Shown piece by piece: positions 29,195 through 40,751 of a stretch of 64,000 bases of DNA (the first letter of the stretch is position 1; each line of letters begins with the position of its first letter). Origin of the DNA: Octopus vulgaris (Eukaryota); the NCBI GenBank assembly GCA_951406725.2, contig OX597822.1, positions 94,736,001 through 94,800,000 of the forward strand, in the 5' to 3' direction. Below the pieces are notes generated by a model that was not told where the DNA came from, searched no databases, and worked only from the letters and a program-made list of their open reading frames with translations. A program made the position numbers and the translations under genes.

Positions 29195-29780
29195 CATCAT
29201 CATGATATTTATAAAAAGATTCTTTCGGTTTCTGTCTACCACTCACATGTCTTTGGCTGGCCTGAGGCTATGATAGCAGAAGACATGTGCCACGCAGTGA
29301 GACTGAACCCGAAACTGCCTGATTATAATGTCTTAACGACACGCCCTTGCCTGCACACACACGCATGCACGCACTCATGCACATACACATTGTATCCAGC
29401 ATCTATTCCCCCCCCCCGACCCATTTTCTATGTCCAGATTACTATTATAGTTGCAGTAGAAATATATCAGGTAGATTCAGTGAATGTAAAAATAGTTCGA
29501 TGACTCACAATCAAACGAAAAGCTCATTCTATAGATTCATTCATTATAGACGTTTTCTTATGATTAATTTATTACAAACTTGTTGTAATTAATAAATTAA
29601 TCAGGTTGTTTTGAGTTTAGTTTTGAAGGAAGATCCATTAGACTAGATTGTTAACGACAGTTATTTTACTTTTTTTTTTGTTTTTTTTAAATTTAGTATG
29701 AAATTGGTGGTTAGAGGTAGTAAAATGATTTGTATTGTTGAGTAACATATAATGGCTGTAGACCAGGGATGAAGCTTGAA

Positions 29781-29828
<48 letters not shown>

Positions 29829-30862
29829 ATTTTATATATTTTTTCCAGCAAGCTGGACAAACTGGAAAAAAATATTTTTTTTCCTATGAAGTCACAATTG
29901 TTCAAATTCAAACTCTCCCTTTTTATTTGTTATATGCACATAGGCGCAGGAGTGGCTGTGTGGTAAGTAGCTTGCTAACCAACCACATGGTTCCGGGTTC
30001 AGTCCCACTGCATGGCATCTTGGGCAAGTGTCTTCTGCTATAGCCTCGGGCCGACCAAAGCCTTGTGAGTGGATTTGGTAGACGGAAACTGAAAGAAGCC
30101 TGTCGTATATATGTATGTGTGTGTATATGTTTGTGTGACTGTGTTTGTCCCCCTAGCATTGCTTGATAACCGATGCTGGTGTGTTTACGTCCCCGTCACT
30201 TAGCAGTTCGGCAAAAGAGACCGATAGAATAAGTACTGGGCTTACAAAGAATAAGTCCCGGGGTCGATTTGCTTGACTAAAGGCGGTGCTTCAGCATGGC
30301 CGCAGTCAAATGACTGAAACAAGTAAAAGAGAAAGAGACAGAAAGAGATATCATCATCATCATCATCTTCATTGTTATCTTTTTAATGTCTGTTTTTCTT
30401 TGTATGCATGGGTCAGATGAAATTTTTCCTATGGCTTTCTGTCTATGCCCTTCCTGTCACCAACCTTCATAATCATCATCATTGTCATTGCTTCACAGTC
30501 CATTTTCCATGCGAGCATGGGTTGTATAGAATTTTTTCATCGTCATCATTATCAACATCAGCATCATTATTATCATTGTTTTAACATCCACTTACCCATG
30601 TATGCATGGGTTGGAAGGAATGTTTCTCTATGGCTAGATGCTCTTCCTGTCTACAACCTTCACTCATTTCCATGTACAATAATATTTTTCCATAACCACA
30701 CATGTGGATATGGAGGAATGAAAATGAAGGACATGGCTTGCATGATAGTGGCACTTGTTTGCATCGATCACTTGATGTCAAGGCAAGGTGACAGTAACAC
30801 GCACCCCCCCCCAATACATATATATATGTACATATACTTATACTATGACTCCTTTCAGTTTC

Positions 30863-31649
30863 CTATTTCTTTATTGCCCACAAGGGGCTAAACATAGAGG
30901 GGACAAACATGGACAGACAAAGGGATTAAGTCGATTACATCGATCGCAGTGCATAACTGGTACTTAATTTATCGACCCCAAAAGGATGAAAGGCAAAGTC
31001 GACCTCGGCGGAATTTGAACTCAGAACGGGAAGACAGACGAAATACCTATTTCTTTACTGCTCACAAGGGGCTGAACATAGAGGGGACAAACAAGGACAG
31101 ACAAAGGGATTAAGTCGATTACATCGACCGCAGTGCATAACTGGTACTTAATTTATCGACCCCGAAAGGATGAAAGGCAAAGTCGACCTCGGCGGTATTT
31201 GAACTCAGTACGTAGCGGCAGATGAAATACCTATTTCTTAACTACCCACAAGGGGCTAAACATAGAGGGGACAAACAAGGACAGACAAAGGGATTAAGTC
31301 GATTACATCGACCCCAGTGCGTAACTGGTACTTAATTTATCGACCTCGAAAGGATGAAAGGCAAAGTCGACCTCGGCGGAATTTGAACTCAGAATGGAAA
31401 GACAGACGAAATACCTATTTCTTTACTGCTCACAAGGGGCTGAACATAGAGGGGACAAACAAGGACAGACAAAGGGATTAAGTCGATTACATCGACCGCA
31501 GTGCATAACTGGTACTTAATTTATCGACCCCAAAAGGATGGAAGGCAAAGTCGATCTCGGCGGAATTTGAACTCAGAACGAAACGGCAGATGAAATAAAT
31601 ACCGCTAAGCCATTCGCCCGACATGTTAAAGCTTCTGCCAGGTCGCCGC
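30863..31649 (-). mobile_element. Tetramer of SINE B with exact 184-bp period and a single head
   Basis: Unit starts at 30863, 31047, 31231 and 31415; junction gaaatac|ctatttctt. Confidence 0.9.
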
Positions 31650-31947
31650 ATTAAAGTTTCCTTTATATATCCTTTTGATAGATGGAAACTGAAAGGCTCC
31701 TTTCAGTTTCCCTCTATCAAATCTATTAACAAAGCTGTGGTTGGTATGGGTGTATAGTAAAAGACACTCGCTTCAGGTGCAGTGGTACTGAACCTGGAAC
31801 CATGTGGCTGGAATGCAAACTTCATACCACACTGCCATGCTTGAACGTGTGTGTGTGATTACTATATTTATATATAATCATTTGTTAGTTTTTACGCCCA
31901 TTTTTTCCATGATAGTATGGGTTAGACTTATATATTGTTAAAGCATT

Positions 31948-32156
31948 ACTCTTTACTCTTTTACTTGTTTCAGTCATTTGACTGCGGCCATGCTGAAGCA
32001 CCGCCTTTAGTCGAGCAAATCGACCCCGGGACTTATTCTTTGTAAGCCCAGTACTTATTCTATCGGTCTCTTTTGCCGAACTGCTAAGTGACGGGGACGT
32101 AAACACACCAGCATCGGTTGTCAAGCAATGCTAGGGGGACAAACACAGACACACAA

Positions 32157-32197
<41 letters not shown>

Positions 32198-32746
32198 ACA
32201 GGCTTCTTTCAGTTTCCGTCTACCAAATCCACTCACAAGGCATTGGTCAGCCCGGGGCTATAGCAGAAGACACTTGCCCAAAATGCCACGCAGGGGGACT
32301 GAACCCGGAACCATGTGGTTGGTTAGCAAGCTACTTACCACACAGCCACTCATGCGCCTTTAAAACCAAATGCTCTTCCTATTGCTAAGCCTTGCTCATT
32401 TATGAAATACAGAATATTCAAAGGCGCAAAGCCAGTGGATGATTTGTTGACAGGAGAAATGACAACAATATCACTGCTCTGTGATTCTTGGAGGTGTGAA
32501 AATGTAAACAAACACAGATATAAACGCACGCAGAACACATATATATACATATACGTATGATGATGATGATGATATCTCATAGGCGCAGGAGTGGCTGTGT
32601 GGTAAGTAGCTTGCTAACCAACCACATGGTTCCGGGTTCAGTCCCACTGTATGGCACCTTGGGCAAGTGTCTTCTACTATAGCCTCGGGCCGACCAATGC
32701 CTTGTGAGTGGATTTGGTAGACGGAAACTGAAAGAAGCCTGTCGTA

Positions 32747-32803
<57 letters not shown>

Positions 32804-33014
32804 TTGTGTGTCTGTGTTTGTTCCCCTAGCATTGCTTGACAACCGATGCTGGTGTGTTTACGTCCCCGTCACTTAGTGGTTCGGCAACAAGAGACCGATA
32901 GAATAAGTACTGGGCTTACAAAAAGACTAAGTCCTGGGGTCGAGTTGCTTGGCTAAAGGCGGTGCTCCAGCATGGCCGCAGTCAAATGACTGAAAAGAGT
33001 AAAAGAGTAAAGAG
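31948..33014. mobile_element. Inverted (head-to-head) pair of SINE A copies
   Basis: 31948-32358 (-) and 32582-33014 (+), ~220 bp apart, highly similar. Confidence 0.9.
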
Positions 33015-33134
33015 TATGCATACTCTCCCTCACACACACACACACCACTTGAGCGTCCAAATACTAAATCCACTCACAACCACATGAAAGGCAATTTTCT
33101 TAACTGTTCAAATATGCCTATGTTGTAAAATGTT

Positions 33135-33564
33135 GGATCTTGTCGGTTTGAACGGCAGTTTTTAACATAATTTCTAGGTAAATAAACGCTTTTAAACTTC
33201 GTATACTGGTAGAATGTGTTTATAAAACATCTTTTTCTCTTGGCTTTATTGAGAAAATTCTATAGTTTGTAAGATATTTGTTATTATATATATATTTTTT
33301 TTTCTTCAATTTCTGCAATTTCAACCAATCAATGACCTCCATTGAGGTAAAAAAAACATTCTGTGCCGTATGAATATGTCCCTCATTTAAGAAACAGATT
33401 GGGTTTATTTACATTTGTGAAGAAAAAATATACCCTTCCCCCCACCCCTAACCCTAACCCTAAAACAGATTGAAATGCAATAGATGGATACTAGGGTCAT
33501 AATTATGGGTGACAATTTCATATGACACTGCTAGAAAAAATTGCCGTTCAAACCAAAAAGATCC
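33135..33564. mobile_element. Merlin-like MITE with internal (CCCTAA)n
   Basis: TIRs GGATCTTgtcGGTTTGAACGGCA / TGCCGTTCAAACCaaaAAGATCC; exact 8-bp TSD AAAATGTT; interrupts a SINE head. Confidence 0.75.
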
Positions 33565-34081
33565 AAAATGTTTGCTTCCCAACCACGTGATCTTAGGTTC
33601 AGTCCCATTGCATGGCATATTGAGCAGATGTTTTCTACTTTAGCCTCAGGCCAACCAAAACCTTGTGAGTGGATTAGGTAGATGGAAACTGAAAGAAGCC
33701 CATTTTCTGTGTGTGTGTGTGTGTGTTTCTATCTCTTTGCCTTAGGTTCATATGATAGTTGTAGACGAATGCCATTGTCATGCATTTGTACTTTTCATTT
33801 CCAATCATTTATGAGAATGTATCTGGACTTGGGGCAATGTTACCTTACAGAAAACGGGTGAGGGTTGGTGACAGGGAGAGCATCTGACCATGGAAAATCT
33901 GCCTCAACAAGTACCATGTGACCCATGCAGCCATGAAAAGTGGACATTAAAGTAATGATGATGATGGTGATGTGTGTATGTGTGTGTGTTTTCTGACCTA
34001 CTTTTCTTTGACATTTGTGGAATGCAAAAATATAAACATGCTGCAGATTTTTCTCTATGCATCCATGTATTCATACACATG

Positions 34082-34120
<39 letters not shown>

Positions 34121-34866
34121 AATACATTTGGTAAACAGGATAACATATTTGAACCAAAGCTTCATCTGAGCAACTTTTTATCGATTGTGTTACACCAAAG
34201 TTCTCAATCATTGATATGTACAGTCATCAAAAATGTCATTTAAGTATATAATCTTGTTTGCCTCACATCTTACAAGCACTTATCAGACACTACACACTTC
34301 TAATACAGTGATACATTGAGTAGTATATCAAGCACTTGTATGTATATTGACAGGTGTCTGTGTGTGTATGTATATATATCATCATCATCATCATTTAGCG
34401 TCCGTTTTCCATGCTAGCATGGGTTGGACAGTTTAACTGGGGTCTGTGAAGCCGGAAGGCTTCATCAGGCCCAGTCAGATTTGGCAGTGTTTCTACGGCT
34501 GGATGCCCTTCCTAACGCTAACCACTCCGCGAGTGTAGTGGGTGTTTTTTACGTGCCACCTGCACAGGTGCCAGACAGAGCTGGCACAACGGCCACGAAC
34601 GGATGTTGCTTTTACGTGTCACCGGCACGGGGCCAGGCGGTGCTGGCAACGGACACGAACGGATGGTGCTTTTACGTGCCACCGACACGGGGCCAGACAG
34701 AGCTGGCAAACGGCCACGAATGGACGGTGCTTTTACGTGTCACCGGCACGGGGGCCAGCCGAGGCTGGCAACGAACACGAGTGGATGGTACTTTTATGTG
34801 CCACCGACACGGGGCCAGACAGAGCTGGCAAACGGCCACGAACGGACGGTGCTTTTACGTGTCACC

Positions 34867-34992
34867 ATTCAATAGTCAAGATAAAACTCTGAGTTTCGGA
34901 TGCCGAAGTGGAAATCCACAACACCATCTCTTCGGTTATCTGGATTTCCACTTCGGCATCCGAAACTCAGAGTTTTATCTTGAGTATTGAAT
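34867..34992. repeat. Near-perfect hairpin, 52-bp arms, 22-nt loop
   Basis: attcaatagtcaagataaaactctgagtttcggatgccgaagtggaaatcca and its reverse complement with 1 mismatch. Confidence 0.9.
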
Positions 34993-35085
34993 AATTGTAC
35001 ATTTTATTTTATAGATAAATTTCCTCTATTTACATAATTTTGAGGTCTCTTTCTTTCTTTTGTTATCTTACTCTTACTGTTTTTA

Positions 35086-35146
<61 letters not shown>

Positions 35147-35531
35147 TTGCTCTTATTTTAAACTGTTGTATGTCCAAATTTGACCAAATGCATTTTCTTT
35201 CAATATCTAATTTTGCTTGCAATAGCCGGCCCTCCGGCTGCTTCACATGCCAAGATATGGAAATTGTCACAGTGTAGTCAATGGTTTTGCATTTTTCAAA
35301 AGTGTAGTAAGTCCCACATATGACAGTTTTGCAAAAATATTTCTGACTGAAAATATCATACATGCATGGAGTTATGATTTTATGCAAGCCTACAAAGTAT
35401 TATCATTAAGCTGAAACTGTTACTAATGTAAAAAGAAATGGAATAGCGAAACTATTTCTTTGTTTTCTGAAAATGCAATGTTTTGGACTTACAATACTTT
35501 TGCATAATGGCAACGATATATATATATATAA

Positions 35532-35931
35532 CTAGCAGTATCGCCCGGCGTTGCTCGGGTTTGTAAGGGAAATAACTATATAAGCATTTTTAGAGATGTA
35601 AAGTATAATAGCCATCTCAATATGGCTAACCACATACTAGGGGGGGGGTGTTACTGTAGCTTTTTACGTTCTGAGATTTAATAATACATTTTTAGAGAGT
35701 TTCTTCCCTTATATAATAGCAAAAAATGCATTAAAAATGGGAAAAAAAGATGGTAAATTTTTTTTTAAATCGTAGACTCATCGTAGACGTGCACTAATAC
35801 CCAGAAGGGCTCGATATGAATCACTACTATAAGATCTCCGCTTTTGGTTACACTGCACCGCAAAATGTGGGAGTAGTTAGGAATCTAAATCGTAGGAGAC
35901 AGACACACAACTTGACTTTTATATATAAAGA
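35532..35931 (-). mobile_element. Non-autonomous Helitron, full length
   Basis: Minus strand A|TCTTTATATATAAA...cccgagcaacgccgggcgatactgCTAG|T; no TSD. Confidence 0.8.
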
Positions 35932-36164
35932 TATGTTTCATTATGTTGAACTGTTAATCCCTATTCATCTTTTTTCTCAATCTGTTTTTTGTTTTCTCTC
36001 CATTTTTTCCCTCTCAGTCCTTTCTCTCAAATAAGGTAGACTCGCAACATCAAAGACTTTTCCATTCTTCCAGAGCATCAAACTAATACACCTGCTTGTT
36101 GTTCCCTCACCTGTCTTCATCTTTTGTTTTCTGAAAATTACAATTTTTCCAAATTGTTTAATAC

Positions 36165-37350
36165 AGCAATTCAAAGATATTTTCCAAGAAACCACAAATA
36201 TTACAAAATTTTTAATTGACATAAGCTTAGATCAGGTTATTGTCTTAGCCTGCACAAATTATAGCAACACATAATATTAAAATAATATTGAAATTTCCAA
36301 AATGCAATTACAGTCAGAATAGCGTAATAAATTCGAAGCATAATAGTGTCAAACTGAATAAAGTAACTCAAATAGAAGGGAACACTATGAAATTAAATGT
36401 CGTGAAAAGGGAAACAATCTAATTTAACATAAATAAAAACGTCAAATCAAGAAAAATGAGTTCTGCAAGAAATAGAACAAAGGTCATGTTATCTAAAAGA
36501 GTAAATAATAATAAAAAACTTGATGGAAATGACTTTAATTCTACAGTCAAGGATCAACTTGAAACTAAATCTAAGGGAAATATAAAAGCTGTCTTTGCAA
36601 TTGTTCTAAATGGGAATTCTGTTATATGTGAAAAATAAGGGTAAAACTAAAAATGCAATATGTAGATGTATAGTTACATCTGAGGGTAAGGAATTCTTTT
36701 TCTTCGGTGAGACATCATTAGTAATCAAGAGGAGACTGGCAAATCATTTGAGTTCATTTAAGAAAAAAATAAAAGGTTCCAAACGAGTTTTAGCAAATTA
36801 ATCTGGTCTTTTGAGGACAGTAACAAGGACTGTACGATTAAATGGGAATTAATTTGTACTTCAAGACCATACAGATCTGGAACCAATAGATGTGATGTAT
36901 GTTTATGAGAATTTTTCAGGGTTTTCACATGAAAGGGTAATGTAATAAATTCTAGACAGGAGCAAGCATTGAGGTGCTTACACATGAGGAAATTCACATT
37001 TACGAAGTATAAATGAATAATTATCATTTAAACTATACAAGGTTTTGAAATGATGGACTGAAAATGATCATCCAGTAAGAATTTGAAATAGAGATTGTTC
37101 ATGTCTAACTTAATGGGCAGCTCTAAATTGTACAACGCAGAGTTTATAAAAGAAAATCATTAAACAGCCATACCTGAGGGATATCAAGTTAAGACCCTGA
37201 GAACACTGCACCATTTTATAGTAGGGTTGCAATTGCAACACTTACTAATTGGGGCAATTGAAACATGTGTTGGGTCTTAAAAAATAGTACATAATTATAG
37301 AATTAAAGGTAATGCTGTTGCTACTTTGGAGTAATCCTTATTTTTAATAT
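36165..37350 (+). mobile_element. Decayed 5'-truncated Penelope-like retroelement (RT C-terminal remnant, GIY-YIG endonuclease, 3' pseudo-LTR with hammerhead)
   Basis: Broken frames read RYFPRNHKYYKIFN (~36174), NAICRCIV..FFGETSLVIKRRLANHLSSF (36652-36760) and IWS..IKWELI..PY..RCDVCL*E..INSRQE..CLH (36800-36985), matching PLE GIY-YIG architecture. Stops and frameshifts present; ends at (TA)n. Confidence 0.75.
37189..37280 (+). ncRNA. Degenerate type I hammerhead ribozyme in PLE 3' end
   Basis: Stem I ttaagacc/ggtcttaa; core CTGAGAA (1 mismatch to CUGANGA); long stem II (agtagggttgc/gcaacacttact); GAAA then ACATGTGT. Confidence 0.55.
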
Positions 37351-37353
37351 TGT

Positions 37354-37407
<54 letters not shown>

Positions 37408-37408
<1 letters not shown>

Positions 37409-37710
37409 GAGGCACAATGGCCCAGTGGTTAGGGCAGCGGACTCGCGGTTGTAGGATCGCGGTTTCGATTCCCAGACTGGGCGTTGTGAGTGTTTATTAA
37501 GCGAAAACACCTAAAGCTCCATAAGGCTCCGGCAGGGGGTGGTGGCAGTCCCTGCTGTACTCTTTCATCGCAACTTTGTCACACTCTTTCTTCTGTTGGC
37601 CTGCTCGCTTAGCCAGTGGGGTGGCATCATTTGAAGGCTAAAAACAATGCGAAGTGCATTGTGACCAGTGATGTATAGCAACATCTGATTGCCTGGTCGG
37701 TCATGTGATG
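37408..37710 (+). mobile_element. tRNA-derived SINE family D in TA/TG microsatellite
   Basis: A box tggcccagtggttag, B box ggtttcgattccc; copies 4653-4958 (-) and 46585-46884 (-); tail cacgtgat. Confidence 0.85.
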
Positions 37711-37717
37711 TGTGTGT

Positions 37718-37754
<37 letters not shown>

Positions 37755-37879
37755 CCAATGACATATGAATAACCACACAAAATTACCATCCCTGTTGTAT
37801 TCTTCTAAAACATGGACATGTTGTGAAAGATATTTCAAACTATTAGAACAAAACTATAACAAACCAAAAGTGCCTTCAC

Positions 37880-38585
37880 CGCATTTTAAACGTTAAATGG
37901 GGCTTTTTTACTACAGACACAGATGTCTTTGCATCAGCAGGCATCACTTCTATTAAATCAATGATTCTGAAAAATCAAATGAGGTGGTCTAGCCATATTG
38001 TTCAAATGGCAGCTGAACGTACACCCAAACAGCTGTTTTATGGTGAGTTTGCAGAGAGGAAACATCGTCGGTGTAAACCTTAAAAAGACATTTAAGGATG
38101 GCATAAGGACTACCATGAAGTCACTTGGAATGGATCCAAGGCCATAAAACCCTTGCTTTGGATTGAGCTGGAATGGTGCACAAAAGTATGGAGTGGATTG
38201 AAAGTGTTTGAGGAGACCAGGATAGCATATGCAAAACTCAAGAAAGATTTAAAGAAGAATGTTGTGACTGAGAGGGTAAATCTCGGTGACCTTTTTTTGT
38301 GTGCACAGTTTATGACAGACCATGCCTTTCTTATGCTGGGTTCAAATCTCATTTGCAGACCCATGGAAAACAAACCTCCGCCAACTACTATGCTTATATA
38401 TCTGTGCACACCTTTCAATGCTGTGTATGCCATAAAGTCTGCAAATCTAATGGAGGCCTCAAAAGACATTTTAAGATCTACAAAGATCAGAACTTAACTG
38501 CAGCTCTTGGTAGTCCAAATCAGATATGCAATCTATGTGGGTGTCTTTTTAATACATTGTCTAGTTCAAAAAGCCACATGAGATA
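37880..38585 (+). mobile_element. Decayed RTE-type LINE 3' fragment with C2H2-like tail
   Basis: QMRWSSHIVQM..ERTPKQLFYGE, followed by CxxC..H motifs (CHKVCKSNGGLKRH). Confidence 0.7.
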
Positions 38586-39244
38586 CCTATTTCTTTATTA
38601 CCCACAAGGGGCTAAACATAGAGGAGACAAACATGGACAGACATAGGTATTAAGTCGATTATATCGGCCCCAGTGCGTAACTGGTACTTAATTTATCGAC
38701 CCCGAAAGGATGAAAGGCAAAGTCGACCCCAGCGGAATTTGAACTTACAACATTACGGCAGCCGAAATACCGCTAAGCATTTCGCCCGACGTACTAACGA
38801 TTCTGCCAGCTCGCCGCCACATGAGATACCATGATGGATTTAAGGTGTTGGTACAAGAGGTGGCAGAAACGTTAGCACGCTGGGCGAAATGCTTAGCAGT
38901 ATTTCGTCTGCGTTACATTGTGAGTTCAAATTCTGCTGAGGTCGACTTTGCCTTTCATCCTTTCGGGGTCGATAAATTAAGTACTAGTTACGCACTGGGG
39001 TCGATGTAATCGACTTAATACCTATGTCTGTCCTTGTTTGTCCCCTCTGTGTTTAGCCCCTTGTGGGTAATAAAGAAATAGGTAGAAGAGGTGGTCAGAC
39101 TCTGCATAAGGAGAAGACAGCCACCCAACCCATGCTAGCATGGAAAGCGGATGCTAAACGATGATGATGAACTGTATAATAATATATCATAATAATATTT
39201 TATTCTCTGATTTTAAACGACAATTTCTAAATACAAATGATGAG

Positions 39245-39334
39245 CTAACCCCAGCCAGAATCAAACCCGCACATCAATACTAACAAGGAGCCATGCTAAC
39301 ATTGATTTGTGGGTTCGATTCTGACTGGGGTTAG
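39245..39334. repeat. Hairpin with ~34-bp arms containing a tRNA T-arm/B-box-like motif
   Basis: ctaaccccagccagaatcaaacccgcacatcaat / attgatttgtgggttcgattctgactggggttag. Confidence 0.7.
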
Positions 39335-39450
39335 TGAACTTCTTAACCACATAGCCATGCCTCCATCTCAGAAATCTCTTTCTTAGTTTTAATTTTAATT
39401 TTAATTTTTTTTTTCCATGTATTTTATTCATTTTTTACCTCTCTTTTCAG

Positions 39451-39525
39451 TTCCTGACAATTACAGTGGTTGCATTTTTCGTTCAAGTGTCGATTGGAAT
39501 TTTGGCATTCATCTACAGAAATGAA
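39451..39525 (+). CDS. TSPAN15: TSPAN15-like exon (TM3)
   Basis: ctcttttcag acceptor, GTTAGT donor; 75 bp, phase 0. FLTITVVAFFVQVSIGILAFIYRNE, hydrophobic helix with the polar TM3 Q/E. Confidence 0.9.
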
Positions 39526-39561
39526 GTTAGTATCCCATTTTTCTCTCTTCTTTATTTATTT

Positions 39562-39882
39562 ATTTAGTTAGTTAGTTAATTTTTTGGCTCCAAAAAGCAA
39601 AAAGCAAGGCCATGTAGGGGGACATGGAGTTATGTACAGGGTGGTGTTCATGTAAAGAGTTCAGGCCACTTGAGGTCAAGGGAGACTTTGAACCAAGCAG
39701 TCATCGGCATCTTCACCATCTCGTCTGGCAGCTTATTCCACGGATCCGCAACCCGGACGGAGAAAGCCCCTCTCCTTCGATTGAGATGAAATCATCGCAG
39801 ATAGAGCTTTTCGGAATGACCCCACAGCCGACGCTCTGGAGCAGGAGTGAAGAACAGCTCTTTCAAGAGGTTACACTTTCTG
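39562..39882 (-). mobile_element. CR1 3' fragment, same family as 12420-12985
   Basis: Near-identical reverse complement of 12660-12975. Confidence 0.9.
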
Positions 39883-40357
39883 CTATACAACAATTAAATG
39901 TTTAAATCTGATCACCATGGTATTTGTTTCAAATTCCATTTTAGTTTACCAATGTTGAGATTCCACTTGTAAGCTGCTGTTTAGTTCTATACCAGCTCTG
40001 ATTAAGCAGACATATGTTCAGAGACGTTCTACTCATGACCATCTTGTCTTTTTTTATCCTATCTAAAACTACATTTTCCAACATGTTCTTCCTTAACAAG
40101 TGTTACTATCATGCAGACAGCATGCTTTGTTTTCAGTCTTCCATGAAAACATGTCTGGTTATTGCATTTTTCTGAAATAAAAGCAGAGAGGAAAAAAATT
40201 GCCACCAAATACCATACATTGTATGTGTCCTAATCTTGGTTTTGGTAAAAAAGAAATTTGTATTATACATGAATTTTACAATAAGTAAAAAAGAATATTT
40301 GTATAGAGCATTCTGGCTTTTGAAATGATTTTTGATACCATTAAAATTTACTTTTAG

Positions 40358-40456
40358 ACTGAGTTGACACTGAATTCTGAAGAATTAAGACCATCCCTTG
40401 CAGAGTACCATTCTAATAAACGGATGCAATCAACTTTGGATAGGCTTCAGAGCTCG
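40358..40456 (+). CDS. TSPAN15: TSPAN15-like exon (large extracellular loop helices A/B)
   Basis: cttttag acceptor, GTAAGT donor; 99 bp, phase 0. TELTLNSEELRPSLAEYHSNKRMQSTLDRLQSS, with the DxxQ motif that precedes CCG. Confidence 0.88.
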
Positions 40457-40634
40457 GTAAGTTTAAAATATATTTCCAAAAAATGAGCGAATCAAGTTTT
40501 TATTCCTTCAAATTTATGGAATATTTTGATGTGGTAGTGTCTATTGCTCTATTAATAATTACTTTCAAAGAAATCTGGCAAAAATTATTTTAAAAAGAAT
40601 ACAAATAAAATATTTTTGTAATCTTTTTTTTCAG

Positions 40635-40751
40635 TGGGAATGTTGTGGCTTTGACTCTTTCCATGATTATGAAGTCAATGCTTATTTCAAATGCGATGCT
40701 AGTGGAGAAGAATCTTGTGGTGTACCACCATCGTGCTGTATCAGTTCTCCG
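40635..40751 (+). CDS. TSPAN15: TSPAN15-like exon (CCG motif)
   Basis: ttttttcag acceptor, GTCAGT donor; 117 bp. WECCGFDSFHDYEVNAYFKCDASGEESCGVPPSCCISSP with CCG, NxYF and CGVPxxCC TspanC8 motifs. Confidence 0.95.

Noticed and set aside
34540-34865. CRISPR array
   Set aside because: Eukaryotic intron, no cas genes, spacers are homologous to one another, and the array is part of a dispersed element.
36900-36935. In-frame TGA codons as selenocysteine (Naiad-like)
   Set aside because: They are not at Cys positions and the ORF has other stops and frameshifts.
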